From positions 13,240-77,239 of the forward strand of contig CAITSG010000156.1 of NCBI GenBank assembly GCA_903894995.1: a DNA stretch of 64,000 bases, written 5' to 3'. Below the pieces are notes generated by a model. It was not told the origin of the DNA. It did not search any database and saw nothing but the letters and a program-made list of their open reading frames with translations. The stretch is from an uncultured Burkholderiales bacterium. GTDB lineage: Bacteria > Pseudomonadota > Gammaproteobacteria > Burkholderiales > Burkholderiaceae_C. Of this stretch, positions 63,290 to 64,000 are shown piece after piece; the first letter of the stretch is position 1; the number at the start of each line of letters is the position of its first letter. The position numbers were made by a program, and so were the translations under genes.

Positions 63290-63318
63290 AAAAGGCCTGC
63301 TTTTGCAGGCCTTTTTCT
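63290..63318 (+). terminator. intrinsic terminator after the ACAD gene
   Basis: AGGCCTGC-TTTT-GCAGGCCT followed by TTTTT. Confidence 0.85.
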
Positions 63319-63452
63319 TGGCCAAACAAGCAAGTCATGAACAAAGCGACTCCAGCTTCTGTTCTAAAGCCTTCTGACGGATGAACATTAACCATGACTT
63401 TTTCAACTATCCCGCCCAAAAGTGGTGGTTTGAGCGTTAGAATAAGAGCTGT

Positions 63453-63529
63453 CGGAGCGTAGCGCAGCCTGGTAGCGCATCTGCTTTGGGAGCAGAGGGT
63501 CGCGAGTTCGAATCCCGCCGCTCCGACCA
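63453..63529 (+). tRNA. tRNA-Pro (anticodon TGG)
   Basis: Cloverleaf folded by hand: acceptor CGGAGCG/CGCTCCG, D arm GCGC-AGCCTGGTA-GCGC, anticodon arm TCTGC-TTTGGGA-GCAGA, T loop TTCGAAT, 3' ACCA. There is one A-C mismatch in the T stem. Confidence 0.9.
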
Positions 63530-63591
63530 ATTTCTCAAATTAAAATTTTTAGAAATTTTTTTAAAAGTCTTTCTCAAGACACTCAGAACCC

Positions 63592-63614
63592 AAAGGCCCG
63601 TGAGGGCCTTTTCT
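63592..63614 (+). terminator. hairpin with T-tract between the two tRNA genes
   Basis: AAAGGCCC-GTGA-GGGCCTTTT followed by CTGTTT. It lies only about 20 nt before tRNA-Arg. Confidence 0.6.
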
Positions 63615-63634
63615 GTTTCATTCTTCTGTAGTTT

Positions 63635-63711
63635 CTGCCCGTAGCTCAGTTGGATAGAGCAACAGCCTTCTAAGCTGTGGGTCACAGGTTCGATCCCTGT
63701 CGGGCAGACCA
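63635..63711 (+). tRNA. tRNA-Arg (anticodon TCT)
   Basis: Cloverleaf folded by hand: acceptor CTGCCCG/CGGGCAG, D arm GCTC-AGTTGGATA-GAGC, anticodon arm ACAGC-CTTCTAA-GCTGT, T arm ACAGG-TTCGATC-CCTGT, 3' ACCA. Confidence 0.92.
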
Positions 63712-64000
63712 TTTTGGCGGTCAATTCCGAAATTTCAAGCGCCACTGACGTCCCATTCAAGTGCTTTTGATAAACAGGCTTGCCATCATTCAGTGACGAC
63801 ACCACTTGAAATGAACTCACCTCAATCAGGCGCAGATTGAACTGAGTACCCTCGGGTTTCCTCCTATGAGCGCCTGCAATCCAAGTCCCAAAAAAGTCTC
63901 ATAATGGATCGGTTAATGACGCGACAAAACTATTTGTTGCACTCCAAAACAGCTTCTTACTTGGAAAACCCATGACCCTCTCTTCTTCACGTCGGCAAAT

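Noticed and set aside
63437-63820. A 127-aa minus-strand ORF spanning both tRNA genes.
   Set aside because: Most of it is the reverse complement of tRNA-Pro, the AT-rich spacer and tRNA-Arg. The remainder (63712-63820) has no recognisable features.

Overview
This window is mostly core chromosome at about 60% GC. The gene order looks Burkholderiales/Comamonadaceae-like, which is an inference from synteny: parE-parC, dapA-bamC, dut-coaBC, pyrG-kdsA-eno-ftsB-pnuC, hslO, rpiA, pyrD, aqpZ, sodB, xseA, exbB-exbD-lpxK-ycaR-kdsB-adk, lexA. It ends with an acyl-CoA catabolic cluster and tRNA-Pro/tRNA-Arg. Two ABC-transporter operons are present: a Dpp-like one with a sulfatase-family gene, and a sugar-type one with a lactonase under a LacI-family repressor. 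I found no CRISPR array, transposase, integrase, or recognisable defence, secretion or biosynthetic system, and I cannot point to a clearly novel multi-gene system. The non-core signals worth a second look are listed here. (1) A diverged 373-bp direct repeat duplicates the parC 3' end and brackets a single metzincin-like lipoprotein gene. (2) A vapBC module plus a BRO/DinD-like gene remnant sits between parC and parE. (3) GC drops sharply immediately after tRNA-Arg(UCU) at the right edge, which probably marks the start of an island lying outside the window. (4) An APH-fold kinase and ACAD pair resembles LvaA/LvaC and ACAD10/11 and is embedded in a beta-oxidation-like cluster. (5) A cytochrome b561-like membrane protein lies inside the lactonase/sugar-ABC operon, which has a perfect 16-bp operator palindrome. 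(6) There are several short tandem or palindromic repeats and two unexplained intergenic stretches (37472-37945 and 55970-56533). All calls rest on reading the translations and sequence by eye; no database search was run.
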